In this document: piece after piece, positions 46,139 to 55,599 of the stretch
Numbering within the stretch: position 1 is the stretch's first letter
Layout of the letters: each line of letters opens with the position of its first letter
NCBI GenBank assembly: GCA_029862185.1
Contig: JAOTXX010000008.1
Span: 8,909 to 72,908 of the forward strand
DNA: 64,000 nt
Direction: 5' to 3'
DNA from: Myxococcales bacterium
GTDB lineage: Bacteria > Myxococcota_A > Polyangia > Polyangiales > Houyiibacteriaceae
Translations under genes and position numbers: made by a program
The notes under the pieces: model-generated
Databases searched by the model: none
What the model saw: only the letters and a program-made list of their open reading frames with translations
What the model was told of the DNA's origin: nothing

Positions 46139-47240
46139 AACAGAGCCGGACCCAGCGCGCGTAGTCCTCGCCGCAGGAGCGTCCGGGCGTCAGCAGCACG
46201 CCCTGGTCGGCGCAGCGCTCCAAGAACGCGCCGCAGTCTTCCGCGCCCGGCTCGATCAACCCGCTCACGTCGAGGAATAAAAACGTCCCGCCGTTGGGTC
46301 GCGAAACGCCAAGTGCATCAGCGGCCAGGTAGCCGGCGTCTCGGTAGAGCGCGCGGCTCTCTTCGACCCAGGTTCCGCCCCGGCGCAACGCTCCGACTGC
46401 GCCAAACTGCATCGGCCGCGGCGCGCAATAGGTGTGAAACGTCTGCATCCCGCGCACTGCGCCCATGACGCTCCTAGGCCCATGGGTGAATCCGATTCGC
46501 GCTCCCGCGAAACCATAGGTCTTCGAAAGCGTGTGAAACGCAATCGCACGGTCGCGAACCTCGGGTCGCTTCCAAACCGCTCCGGGCGGCTCCCGGTCGA
46601 AGTAGATCTCTTCGTAGGCCTCGTCGCAGAACAGCCAAAGGTCGTGCCGCTTGGCGACCCGCAGCATGGCCGCAACGGTGGGTTCCGAAAGCACGCGGCC
46701 GCTCGGGTTGTTCGGCGTGTTGACGTAGAGCGCGACCGTGCGTTCGGTCACCGCATTTTCGAGCGCAGCCTCGGCGTCGAAGCCGGGCTCGTCGAGCCGC
46801 GTGTAAAACGGGACTTGGACCGGCACCGCCCCCTTGGTCGCGATGATGCCCCGGCTCAGCGGCCAAAACGGCGAAGGCAACAGCACCTCGTCCCCCGGCT
46901 CGAGCAACACCTGGCAGACGATGCTCAAGCCGGCCGTCGCGCCCGACATCACCTGCACGAGCTCCCGGTCGAGGGTCTCTCCGTGCCGCGCCTGGACATA
47001 GTCGAGGAAGGCGTCGATGGTGCGCGGCTCTCCTTGCACCGGTGCGTACTTGTGTAGCCCCGGATGCTCCCGGCTCAACTGCTGTTCGGCCCGCGCAGCC
47101 GGCACCGGGTCGCGGTAGGTGTCGCCCACGTGCAATGGATACACCTCGGCGTTCTTCGCGCATGCACGCTGCGCGAGCTGGCTGTACACGCGGGCCGAAA
47201 CCGAGTGAGCGTGTTCAGAGATGTTCGGAAAACGAGGCAC
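46065..47240 (-). CDS. PLP-dependent class I/II aminotransferase
   Basis: NTPNNPSG, DEAY, TLSKTYGFAGARIG. Confidence 0.92.
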   Translation of the reverse strand: MPRFPNISEHAHSVSARVYSQLAQRACAKNAEVYPLHVGDTYRDPVPAARAEQQLSREHPGLHKYAPVQGEPRTIDAFLDYVQARHGETLDRELVQVMSGATAGLSIVCQVLLEPGDEVLLPSPFWPLSRGIIATKGAVPVQVPFYTRLDEPGFDAEAALENAVTERTVALYVNTPNNPSGRVLSEPTVAAMLRVAKRHDLWLFCDEAYEEIYFDREPPGAVWKRPEVRDRAIAFHTLSKTYGFAGARIGFTHGPRSVMGAVRGMQTFHTYCAPRPMQFGAVGALRRGGTWVEESRALYRDAGYLAADALGVSRPNGGTFLFLDVSGLIEPGAEDCGAFLERCADQGVLLTPGRSCGEDYARWVRLCFTSVPPARLEAALEKLVPLFRRPS

Positions 47241-47246
47241 GGCAGC

Positions 47247-49016
47247 TCAGAGCCAGGCGAAGGCGATGATGGTGACGGTACAGATTCCCACCAGCGTTTG
47301 AAGCGGCAAGCCCAAGCGCATGAAGTCGGTGTACTTGTACCCGCCCGGGCCGTACACCATCAGGTTCGTTTGAAAGCCGATGGGCGTCGAAAAGGCAGTC
47401 GCCGCGGCAATCATCGTCATGTAGCTGATGGGCAAGAGCCCAATCCCCTGCGCCTGCGCTGCGGTCGCCGCGATGGGGAACATGAGCGCCGCCGAGGCCT
47501 TGGTCGTCACCAGCCCGGCCAGCACCGCTGTGATGGTGTAGAGCGCAACGAGCACACCGACGCGCCCAAACGGAGCAGCAAAATCGATGATGCGCGAAGC
47601 GATGACGTCGGCCGCGCCGCTCTTTTGCAGGGCGATGGCGATTCCGAACGCCGCCGCAATCGCGATGAGCACCGTCCAGTCGATCGAGCGCCGCGCCTGC
47701 TCGCCGGTCAGGCAGCGCGTGAGCAGCATCAAGGCGGCCGCGCTCAGCGACGCGGTCATCAGGTTCATGGCGCCCGTCGCGTTCACGAGCACCATCAAGA
47801 AGAGCACGACGGCGGCCAGCCATGCGCGGTCGTGGCGGGGTGGGGCGCTGTCCTCCACCTCGGCGATGAGCGCAAAGTTCGGGTCCCGCTGTCGCGCCTG
47901 GGCAAAATCGGGGTGTGACTCGATGAGCAACACATCGCCCGGCTGAAGCCGAATGTCGCCGACTTTGGTTTCGGTCACGCGTACGCCCTGCCGATGGACC
48001 GCGAGAATCGCCGCGTCGTAAATCGTGCGAAACCGGCTCTGCCGCACGGTTTGCCCGGCGAGCGACGAATGGGCCCCGATGACGGCCTCGACCAGCATTC
48101 GGTCTCGCCGAGCCGTGATTTTGTCGACCTGGTCGGTGTCGGGGACGATGCGCTGCTTTCGCAGATCGACCACCGAGTCGACGACCCCGGTGAAGTGAAG
48201 CCGGTCGCCTTCGCGCAGCACCGTCGTCGGCGGAACCGCGGCAAGCACCCTTCCGCCGCGCTCGATTTCGTAGAGATACACGCCCCGAAGCGAACGTAGG
48301 CCGGCCTCCTCGATGCTTTCGCCGATGACCGGCGAGCCCTTTTCGACGCGCATCGCAATGGTGTACTCGCGCGCCTTCCCGAGCTCTTGCAAGGCACCTT
48401 GCCGGTCTTTGAGTAGCCATTGCGAGGTTACCACGATGAACAGCACCCCGATGGCGAGCGCGGGGATGCCTAGCACCGCGATGTCGAAAATGCCGAACTC
48501 GACGCTCGGGTCCCACTCCTTGGCGAGGCCCGCGACGACCAGGTTCGTACTCGTGCCGATGAGGGTGCAGGTGCCGCCGAGAATCGACGCGTACGAAAGC
48601 GGCAGCAGCATCAGCGACACGCTGAATTGACAGCGCCGCGCCCAGCTGGTCACGAGCGGCACGAACATCGCGACGACAGGCGTGTTGTTCAAGAACGCCG
48701 AAAGCGCAGCCACCGGGAACATCATCCGAAGCTGCCCGCCCGAAAGCGAGCGTGGGCGCCCGAGCACGACGCGGCCTGCGAGGTCGAGGCCCCCCGTCTC
48801 TTTGACGCCAGCGGCAACCACGAAGAGCGCGCCAATCGTGATGACCGCCGGGTTGGAAAAACCGGCGAACGCGTCCGCCGGCTCGATGATGCCCGCGAGC
48901 AGCAGAATGGTGACGCCGGCGATGAGCACGAGGTCGGGCCCGGCGAGGTTCGCCGCCATGACGACCACCATCCCCACGATTACCGCGACCGTGATCCAGC
49001 CGTCACCCGTCAACAT
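47247..49016 (-). CDS. SLC13/DASS family permease with two TrkA-C domains
   Basis: SAFLNNTPVV, GTSTNL, FSTPIGFQTNLMVYGPGGYKYTDF. Confidence 0.92.
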   Translation of the reverse strand: MLTGDGWITVAVIVGMVVVMAANLAGPDLVLIAGVTILLLAGIIEPADAFAGFSNPAVITIGALFVVAAGVKETGGLDLAGRVVLGRPRSLSGGQLRMMFPVAALSAFLNNTPVVAMFVPLVTSWARRCQFSVSLMLLPLSYASILGGTCTLIGTSTNLVVAGLAKEWDPSVEFGIFDIAVLGIPALAIGVLFIVVTSQWLLKDRQGALQELGKAREYTIAMRVEKGSPVIGESIEEAGLRSLRGVYLYEIERGGRVLAAVPPTTVLREGDRLHFTGVVDSVVDLRKQRIVPDTDQVDKITARRDRMLVEAVIGAHSSLAGQTVRQSRFRTIYDAAILAVHRQGVRVTETKVGDIRLQPGDVLLIESHPDFAQARQRDPNFALIAEVEDSAPPRHDRAWLAAVVLFLMVLVNATGAMNLMTASLSAAALMLLTRCLTGEQARRSIDWTVLIAIAAAFGIAIALQKSGAADVIASRIIDFAAPFGRVGVLVALYTITAVLAGLVTTKASAALMFPIAATAAQAQGIGLLPISYMTMIAAATAFSTPIGFQTNLMVYGPGGYKYTDFMRLGLPLQTLVGICTVTIIAFAWL

Positions 49017-49082
49017 CCAGGCGCAGACTAGCAGCCGGCGCCGTGATTGGCGCGTTCTTGAGCGCAACGCTTGGGAATCTGC

Positions 49083-50216
49083 CTATGGGGCGTAGCGCTC
49101 GGCCTTTTCGCGAAACATCATGGCCGCTTCGGTGTCGCCACGGCGGTCCGCGTCGAGCGCGCCTTCCCGGTAGTAGTCGAACCGCGCATCGCTCGCGCTC
49201 ATCGTCACCAAGAGCGCAAGGCAGCCGGCGAACAGGCTCGCCACACGCCAAAGGGGGCGCCAGCGGGGCGTGAAGTAGAGCTGCCGCCCCATCACCACCA
49301 GCATCGCGATGGCGGTCAAGCTGCAGCCGGTCTTCACGCCGGGCAGGTCGACGAACATGCTCAGCATCGGCGCGATCACCAAACCGAAAAGCGAAAGGTA
49401 GAACACCTGCGACGCGCGCTCGTCGAGGCCGCCTTGCTCGGGCACGCTCTCGTCGAGCAGCCCGCGCACCGGCTGGGTCAACGCGCGGCCGAACGTATGC
49501 ACCCACTGCATCGGCGAAAACACCAGGAGGGCGATGCCTGTCATGTACACGGGCAGCCAGCCGGCCTGCGGTGTCGCCAAGTGAAACGTGAGCGGTGCGG
49601 CCACCAGCATCGGCGCGAGCAGCCGAATCGCGGGAAGCTCCACGCGGTCTTGCATGCTCACAGCCAGGTATCCGACGCAGCAGGCCATCGGCAGCCAGTA
49701 GGACTCTCCGCGCGCCGCAGCCCAGGCCGCCACGTAAAAGTAAACGATGGCCGTCGTCACGCAGAAGAGCACATACGCCGCCACGCTTCCCCGCGGCGCC
49801 CGCTCGGACCTGGAGAACGCCGCCCGCGCGCTCAGCATCGGAAAGAACACGAAGCACACGAGGTAGAGCGAAAGCAGGTAATGGTAAGGGACCGAGTCGA
49901 GAAGGCTGCACGACCAGCCGAGCGTGTAGCCCATGGCGATGAGCGCGATGGCAATCCGGTGAGGCCGGTAGAGCGCCTGGCTCAGCGCCAGCACCCCGGT
50001 GAACGCAAGCACGCCCACATAGAAGCCAGAGCTCGGCACGAAGCCATCGAACCAAGGGAAGTGCGCGACGTTGAACGCGCCGACGCCGTACTTCGCCCCC
50101 TCGGGCATCATGTTGAGCCAGGTGTCGAAGGCCAAGAGCACGAGCACCATGCGCAGCAGCAGGTAGGGCCTCGCCAGCGCCACGTCTCCAAACCAGTAGC
50201 GTTCCAAGGCCTTCAT
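49083..50216 (-). CDS. HTTM-like (vitamin K-dependent carboxylase-like) membrane protein
   Basis: RPYLLLR..LLAFD, DSVPYHYLLSL (cf. the HHYL/NHxYL motif), multiple TM segments. Confidence 0.55.
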   Translation of the reverse strand: MKALERYWFGDVALARPYLLLRMVLVLLAFDTWLNMMPEGAKYGVGAFNVAHFPWFDGFVPSSGFYVGVLAFTGVLALSQALYRPHRIAIALIAMGYTLGWSCSLLDSVPYHYLLSLYLVCFVFFPMLSARAAFSRSERAPRGSVAAYVLFCVTTAIVYFYVAAWAAARGESYWLPMACCVGYLAVSMQDRVELPAIRLLAPMLVAAPLTFHLATPQAGWLPVYMTGIALLVFSPMQWVHTFGRALTQPVRGLLDESVPEQGGLDERASQVFYLSLFGLVIAPMLSMFVDLPGVKTGCSLTAIAMLVVMGRQLYFTPRWRPLWRVASLFAGCLALLVTMSASDARFDYYREGALDADRRGDTEAAMMFREKAERYAP

Positions 50217-50665
50217 CGCGCTGCCGTCCGAACGGTTTCGTGCGCCCGCTCGCCGCCGCAGCGAAGCGTGTACTCCCGTAACCCGCGCTCGTCGTCGCAG
50301 CGATTGCGTAGCGCCACCGACACCACGCCGTCCGCCTCGCACTGCTTTTGCAAAAAGGCCTCGACCACCGCGCGCCGCCCTTGTGCTACGTACGCGACCC
50401 AGTCTTGGTGAATCAGCTTCTCCACGGCAATCGCTTCGCGCTCTCCGTCCAGGCGTTCGAGCGAAGCATCGGTTTCGCATGCCGGCGCTGCAGCCTCGCT
50501 CAGGCGCCTCCACGTGAAGCGCTCGTCGGCCATGTCATCGCGCGTCAGGTAGGTCAGCGGAATCAGAAACTGAAGCACCACGAACACCGCGATGAACGCA
50601 CCGCTTCGCCGCCGGGCCGTGCCGCTCGGTTGCGCTGGGGGAGGCTCCGTCTCGAAGGACGCCAT
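50213..50665 (-). CDS. Small membrane-anchored partner of the HTTM-like protein
   Basis: One TM, DERFTWRRLS (cf. RFxWRMF), two Cys pairs; ATGA overlap with the downstream gene. Confidence 0.6.
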   Translation of the reverse strand: MASFETEPPPAQPSGTARRRSGAFIAVFVVLQFLIPLTYLTRDDMADERFTWRRLSEAAAPACETDASLERLDGEREAIAVEKLIHQDWVAYVAQGRRAVVEAFLQKQCEADGVVSVALRNRCDDERGLREYTLRCGGERAHETVRTAAR

Positions 50666-50696
50666 CTCTTCAACATCGGCGCCAAGCGCCGCGCTG

Positions 50697-52598
50697 TCAA
50701 AAGATGCTCGGCGCCGTGTCCGAAGGAGCGGTCCGCGAGGCGGTTCCCAGCCGAAATGCCACTCCGTCCTGCCCCGAGTACACGATGTCGATTCGGTCAG
50801 GCCCGGAAATCACGTCAGGGCTCCGCGCGCCGAGGCCGTCGTACGCTTCATCGCTCCCGCCGAGCACATCACCCATGGGCCGCCAAAGCACGAGCTCGTC
50901 CGAAACCAACAGCTCCACCGACCAGCGCGTGCCGTTGCGGCGCGCGTAGTAGAGCTGGTAGGCGCTGTTGTGAATCATCAGGCTCGGCTCGGTGATTTCG
51001 GCGGTGGCGCTCTGCACGCGCGTAAGCTGTTCGAGGCCGCCGTTCACCACGGGAGCCCAGCCGTCGTCGAGGTTGCTCGTGTAAAGGGCCTGCAGCTCGG
51101 TGGCACCGCCCGAATAGGTCGCGCGAACGACGAGCAACCACAGCCCCGCGCGGTAGGCGACCGTCGGCGCCTCGTACGAGACGATGTCGCCCGCCGGAAT
51201 CAGTCCCGGCGCCCCGGTCCGCGTGAACGCCGCCACGCTGAGATCCGAAACCGCCGCCCGAATGCTCCCCGCGCCGCTCGCATCGCGCGCCGTGTAGAAC
51301 AGGAACACGTTGCTGCCATCGAAAACGAGCTCCGGGTCCTCGAGCCCCGTCGCCTCGTCCGGCGCGCTCGGAACCAGAACCGGAGCCGGTACCGCGACGA
51401 ACACTTCGCCCGGCGTAACCAGCTCACCGACGTAAAGCGCCCCGTCGAGCTCGTACGCGACCTGCTTCGTCTGCCCAAGGTCCACAATCGAAGGGCCGGA
51501 CCCGAAGGAGTGGCGCGCAGCGTCGCCGACGCCAATCGAAACCGAAACCGGCTGCCGCTCGCGCCAGGCGCGCGGATTGTCGCAGTCCGCCACCTGCACC
51601 TCAATCGAGGCAATCGCCGCGCTGTTGGCCGTCGCGCTCAGATTGCGCCCAAACGCCACGAGTTGCGCTTGCGTGAGCGCGGCTGCATCAAACGCGTACT
51701 GGCCTTGCAGCGCGCCGTCGCGAAACAGCTGCGCCGAGCCATCGGGCGACAACACCAGGCGCCACTCCGTGCTTCCGGGCCCCGCGAAGAACGTATCGGC
51801 GACCTCGTTCCCAATCATCACGTTCACCAGCTCGCGCGAGCCGCTCAAAAGCAGGCCCACCTCGGCATCGACAAACGCCCCGGGAGCAGTTGCCGTGAAC
51901 GCCACGCCTGCGCTCTCGAGGCAGGTGCCGCCGCAGCCCACCGGCAGCGCGAACTGCACGTCGAGCGCGACCCGCTGCGAAGAGAGGTTCACCGGCTCAC
52001 CGATGAGCGCGCCGCCTTCGGCGTTCGCCGTCCCGTTCGGCACCAAGCCCCGCGCGTTGAGCACCGGCTCGAGCTCGCCAAACGTCGTCGTCATCACGCT
52101 ACTCGCTTCGGCGCAGGCCAACAGCTCGAGCAGGCCGCAGCCCCGGAAGTCGAGCGCCTCCGGCAGGGCCGCGTTGTCGATGACGGGCGCGCAGCAGGCG
52201 CCCGTCTTCACACAGCAAGACGCAAACGCGCCGCACTCGGGCCCCGTGCAGGCATTAGGCGCTTCGTAGCAAGCGAGCGCCGCCTCGGCGTACGCTTGCG
52301 CGCCTTCGGTCGCGTCGGTGCTCATCCCGGGGAAGTCGCCGGGGTTCCGCAACGGGTCCGCGAAGAGCTCGGGGTTCTCCCCAAGCGCGTCCGTGTAGTT
52401 TGGCCCCTCCGCGCCGCCGGCGCCGTTCACACCCGAGTCGCCCCCTGTGCCGGCGCTGCCCGCGCTGCCGCCCGTGCCCGAATCAATGGCCGGTGAAGAG
52501 CCAGCGCTCCCGGTCTCCCCGCAGCCGAACGAAACCACGGCCAGGGCGGCGGCTATGGTCAGCCACTTCCAGCGGTCGCATCGTCGATTTCGGTTCAA
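50697..52598 (-). CDS. Large lipoprotein: Cys-rich region, lectin-like sandwich and beta-propeller-like C-terminus (paralogue 2)
   Basis: TTG start overlapping the upstream stop; VVSFG-C lipobox, CxxxxCxESAG, EDPELV, EPSL, RSPDV repeats. Confidence 0.65.
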   Translation of the reverse strand: MNRNRRCDRWKWLTIAAALAVVSFGCGETGSAGSSPAIDSGTGGSAGSAGTGGDSGVNGAGGAEGPNYTDALGENPELFADPLRNPGDFPGMSTDATEGAQAYAEAALACYEAPNACTGPECGAFASCCVKTGACCAPVIDNAALPEALDFRGCGLLELLACAEASSVMTTTFGELEPVLNARGLVPNGTANAEGGALIGEPVNLSSQRVALDVQFALPVGCGGTCLESAGVAFTATAPGAFVDAEVGLLLSGSRELVNVMIGNEVADTFFAGPGSTEWRLVLSPDGSAQLFRDGALQGQYAFDAAALTQAQLVAFGRNLSATANSAAIASIEVQVADCDNPRAWRERQPVSVSIGVGDAARHSFGSGPSIVDLGQTKQVAYELDGALYVGELVTPGEVFVAVPAPVLVPSAPDEATGLEDPELVFDGSNVFLFYTARDASGAGSIRAAVSDLSVAAFTRTGAPGLIPAGDIVSYEAPTVAYRAGLWLLVVRATYSGGATELQALYTSNLDDGWAPVVNGGLEQLTRVQSATAEITEPSLMIHNSAYQLYYARRNGTRWSVELLVSDELVLWRPMGDVLGGSDEAYDGLGARSPDVISGPDRIDIVYSGQDGVAFRLGTASRTAPSDTAPSIF

Positions 52599-54577
52599 GG
52601 CTTGCTCCAAGTTTGCTCCAAAGGGATTAATTGGTCGGTCGGGTCCCCACCCGGTAGATACAAGCGCCGTGCCAACACGAATCGAAGCCGGCTCGGGTCG
52701 TCGGCGCGGGGAGCCACGGCGATTCCAGTAATGGTGCAATCCTCACCAAAGCAGCCGCTGCGCACCAAGCTCGACGTGCTGCTGATGATGGGGTTCACGA
52801 GGAAAGGAACCGGCTCAGGAAGCTCGAACGCGAGCGCTGAGGTGTCGTGGGTTCGCGCTTCGGCCAGGGCCACGCCCCACTCGCCCGGCGCGCGTTGCGC
52901 CAGGAACCAAATCCGCAAACGCATCCCGTCCTTCTCAAACGAAATCAGCGGCTCGGGCGAACGAATCCCAGCCGCAGCAAACGGTCCGAGCTCGCTTGCC
53001 ACCAACACCACACGCCGCATCGGCCCACCGCCTTCGCGCACCACTTCGAGCGCGCGCGAAATCCGAACCGCGTGAATCTCCATCGCGGCGCCCGCCCCGT
53101 CGACGCAGGTGAACAGCAGCCAGTACCCTTCCTGTGCCTCCGGATCCACCGGAATTAACGCGGGATCCCGCAGGCTCACGCAATTTGGAATCTGGGCGGG
53201 CGAGAGCGTTGCGGTCCCCGGCAGCGTGAGCGAAGTCGCCGGGCTTCCCACTGGCCGCACGAGTTGAATCCCAAACACGTCGCGCTCGCTCGGGTCGCTC
53301 ACCAGCTCGCGCGCAAACGACAAGACCAGGTCCCGAAGCTCTCCATCCTCGTTGAGCTCGGCGAGCAGATGCGGCTCGCGCACGCTTCGGTTGTCCGAGC
53401 AGCTCCCATCCAAACAGGACGGCGGGTCGTCTCCCGCTTTGGGCGATTCGTTGATGGTCCAGCCGCTGAGCGGCCAGTCGCTCCCTTCATCGGTCGCCAC
53501 TCGCGCATGCCCCAGGGCGTAGCCAATGTGCGTCGTCGGCTCGAGCTCGGGCGGGTCGTTGCTCGCTTCCAGCATCAGGTCCCACTGGACGTCCGAAATC
53601 GAGTTTCGTGAGCTGGCCAACGCCGGCGAACCCACGTACGCCGACACCCATGAGGGGTTAAGTTCGAGGCTCGACCCGGTCAAGATTGCACTTTGTTCAT
53701 CGAACTGGCTCGGATTGGCACAGTCCTGCTTCGCGGTTTGTAGCGGCCCCACATACACGCCGTCCCCCCGGCCCTGCGCCGCCACCCGAAGGCCCGGAAT
53801 CTCTGTGCAGTCCCCGTCGCTGAGCAGGTCCGAAACCGCCACCACGGTGAAGTCCTCGAGAATTGGCGCGCTGTCGACCGTCACCTGCGCCTTCAGGATG
53901 GGCAGGTTGTCGTCGTTGAGCTTGGGCCGAAGCTCGATTTCAACCCCGATGGTTTCGTCGATGCCCACCGTCGTGCGCGCCACTTCGACATCCGCTTGGG
54001 TCACCAGCACGAGGCCTCCAGCGTGAAGCGTCACCGCAAGCTCGTCCTGAAGCTTGCCGCCCACCGCCGCGTCATCGGCCACCGTGAGCACCAGGCCGGC
54101 GTAGCGTTCACACACCGCGTCGGGTGTGCAGCCCGTGGCGTCGGTCGTTCGTAGCGTCGTGCTCACCCAACCACCGAGCCCGAGCGACACGCAGTCCTTG
54201 CTCAAGAGCGCGCGCGGTGAGTCGTCGGGCAGAAAGCCACCGACAAACGTCGCGCCATCAATAGAAGGCCGAACCGGCCCCCACGCGCCGCCGCCAGTTG
54301 GCGTGAACACCCAATCGTTACTCAGGTTGGCAGCGGTCCAATCCTCGCTGAGCGTCGTGCGGCGGAGCTCGCAGCAGGCCGGCTCTTGTGCGCAGTCCGT
54401 GTCATCGCAGTCGAAGGCCAGGTCGTTGTCGTCATCGAGCATGTCATCGCAGAACAGCTCGATGCCGTCGCCGCCGGTGCCTGGGGGCGTCAGATTGCGC
54501 TCCGGCGCGTTCAGCCAAGAGCAGCCGCCGCCGAACAACACGAGCGGAAGGACCATGGCGGCGAACCTGCGACTCAT
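52595..54577 (-). CDS. Large lipoprotein: acidic Cys motif, lectin-like sandwich and beta-propeller-like C-terminus (paralogue 1)
   Basis: FGGG-C lipobox, CDDMLDDDNDLAFDCDDTDC, CxxxxxCERYAG, REPHL, RDPAL, RSPEP. Confidence 0.65.
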   Translation of the reverse strand: MSRRFAAMVLPLVLFGGGCSWLNAPERNLTPPGTGGDGIELFCDDMLDDDNDLAFDCDDTDCAQEPACCELRRTTLSEDWTAANLSNDWVFTPTGGGAWGPVRPSIDGATFVGGFLPDDSPRALLSKDCVSLGLGGWVSTTLRTTDATGCTPDAVCERYAGLVLTVADDAAVGGKLQDELAVTLHAGGLVLVTQADVEVARTTVGIDETIGVEIELRPKLNDDNLPILKAQVTVDSAPILEDFTVVAVSDLLSDGDCTEIPGLRVAAQGRGDGVYVGPLQTAKQDCANPSQFDEQSAILTGSSLELNPSWVSAYVGSPALASSRNSISDVQWDLMLEASNDPPELEPTTHIGYALGHARVATDEGSDWPLSGWTINESPKAGDDPPSCLDGSCSDNRSVREPHLLAELNEDGELRDLVLSFARELVSDPSERDVFGIQLVRPVGSPATSLTLPGTATLSPAQIPNCVSLRDPALIPVDPEAQEGYWLLFTCVDGAGAAMEIHAVRISRALEVVREGGGPMRRVVLVASELGPFAAAGIRSPEPLISFEKDGMRLRIWFLAQRAPGEWGVALAEARTHDTSALAFELPEPVPFLVNPIISSTSSLVRSGCFGEDCTITGIAVAPRADDPSRLRFVLARRLYLPGGDPTDQLIPLEQTWSKP

Positions 54578-55596
54578 GGCCTCACTCCAATCGGCATCCG
54601 AATCGAGGCGAAGCCACCGTGCCGAGACACCGACACCGCCACCTGGGGCGCTTCGCGCTTTTGCTTTTTGCGGTGCACCCCGTACAGCGCAATCGCGCTG
54701 ATACCGAGGCCAATCGTCGTCCCCCAAAGCACGTCGGCGGCGATGTTGAACCGGTCGGTCTGGTCGGCGAGGTTTTGCGCGCGCTGGTAGGCGCCCAGGT
54801 CGCCGGTGAGTATGTACTGCGCGGCGGCCTGGTTGTAGTCGTCTCGCAGGCTGCGCGCGTGCACCGACAAGCCAATCGCCACACCGGCCGTGGCGAGGGT
54901 GCTCGCCGCCGTCCCGATGGCCGCGTTGCGAAGCCTCGGGCGCGAAGGCTCCGCCATTGGCTCGGGCACCGGCTCTGGCACCGGTTCCGGTTCAACCGGC
55001 TCGACCACCACGGGCAAAAGCGCCAGCGCCAGCACGGTCGTCACGCCACGCACCATCGTCTGCGTTCGCTCGACCGGCTCGAAGCCTTCTTTCTCGACGA
55101 AGGCCCGATGCTCGCCCGGTGGCAACGCCAGCTCGATGGGCGTCTCCCCGCGGGGCGCCAGATCTTTGCGGTCGACCCAAAGCAACGCGCCCTCGGGCTG
55201 CGACGTCACTTGAAGAACCGCCACCTCGGTCCGGAGCGCATCCTGCCGTGCCGTCGCGTTTTCCCGGTCGGCCTCGGTCAGGCCCTCAATCGTAAGGTAC
55301 TCGCTGAAGTAGTTGAACGCTTCATCGTTGCGCCCGAGCTCCCCAAGCACGATGGCCGCATTGAAAAGCGCGTTCCGGCTCCGCACGATGCGAAGGCTGT
55401 CGACATACGCTTCGAGCGAGCGCTGCAAGAGCTCCGTTCGCTGTGCGGCAGGCGCGCGGGTCGCCTGCTCGAACAGCCGGTTCCCTTCTTCGAAATAAAC
55501 GCGCGCCTCCGCGTTCTCCGAGCTGCTCTGGGCAACCGTCGCGGAAGGGCTCGCCAAGAGGAGGGCGACGAGCACGGGCAGGAGTCGAGCAAGCAC
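54574..55596 (-). CDS. TPR + PEGA domain protein
   Basis: Signal peptide, EARVYFEEGNRLF..ALFNAA TPR, VTSQPEGALLWVD..GETP PEGA, C-terminal TM and beta-hairpin. Confidence 0.85.
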   Translation of the reverse strand: MLARLLPVLVALLLASPSATVAQSSSENAEARVYFEEGNRLFEQATRAPAAQRTELLQRSLEAYVDSLRIVRSRNALFNAAIVLGELGRNDEAFNYFSEYLTIEGLTEADRENATARQDALRTEVAVLQVTSQPEGALLWVDRKDLAPRGETPIELALPPGEHRAFVEKEGFEPVERTQTMVRGVTTVLALALLPVVVEPVEPEPVPEPVPEPMAEPSRPRLRNAAIGTAASTLATAGVAIGLSVHARSLRDDYNQAAAQYILTGDLGAYQRAQNLADQTDRFNIAADVLWGTTIGLGISAIALYGVHRKKQKREAPQVAVSVSRHGGFASIRMPIGVRP

Positions 55597-55599
55597 TGG

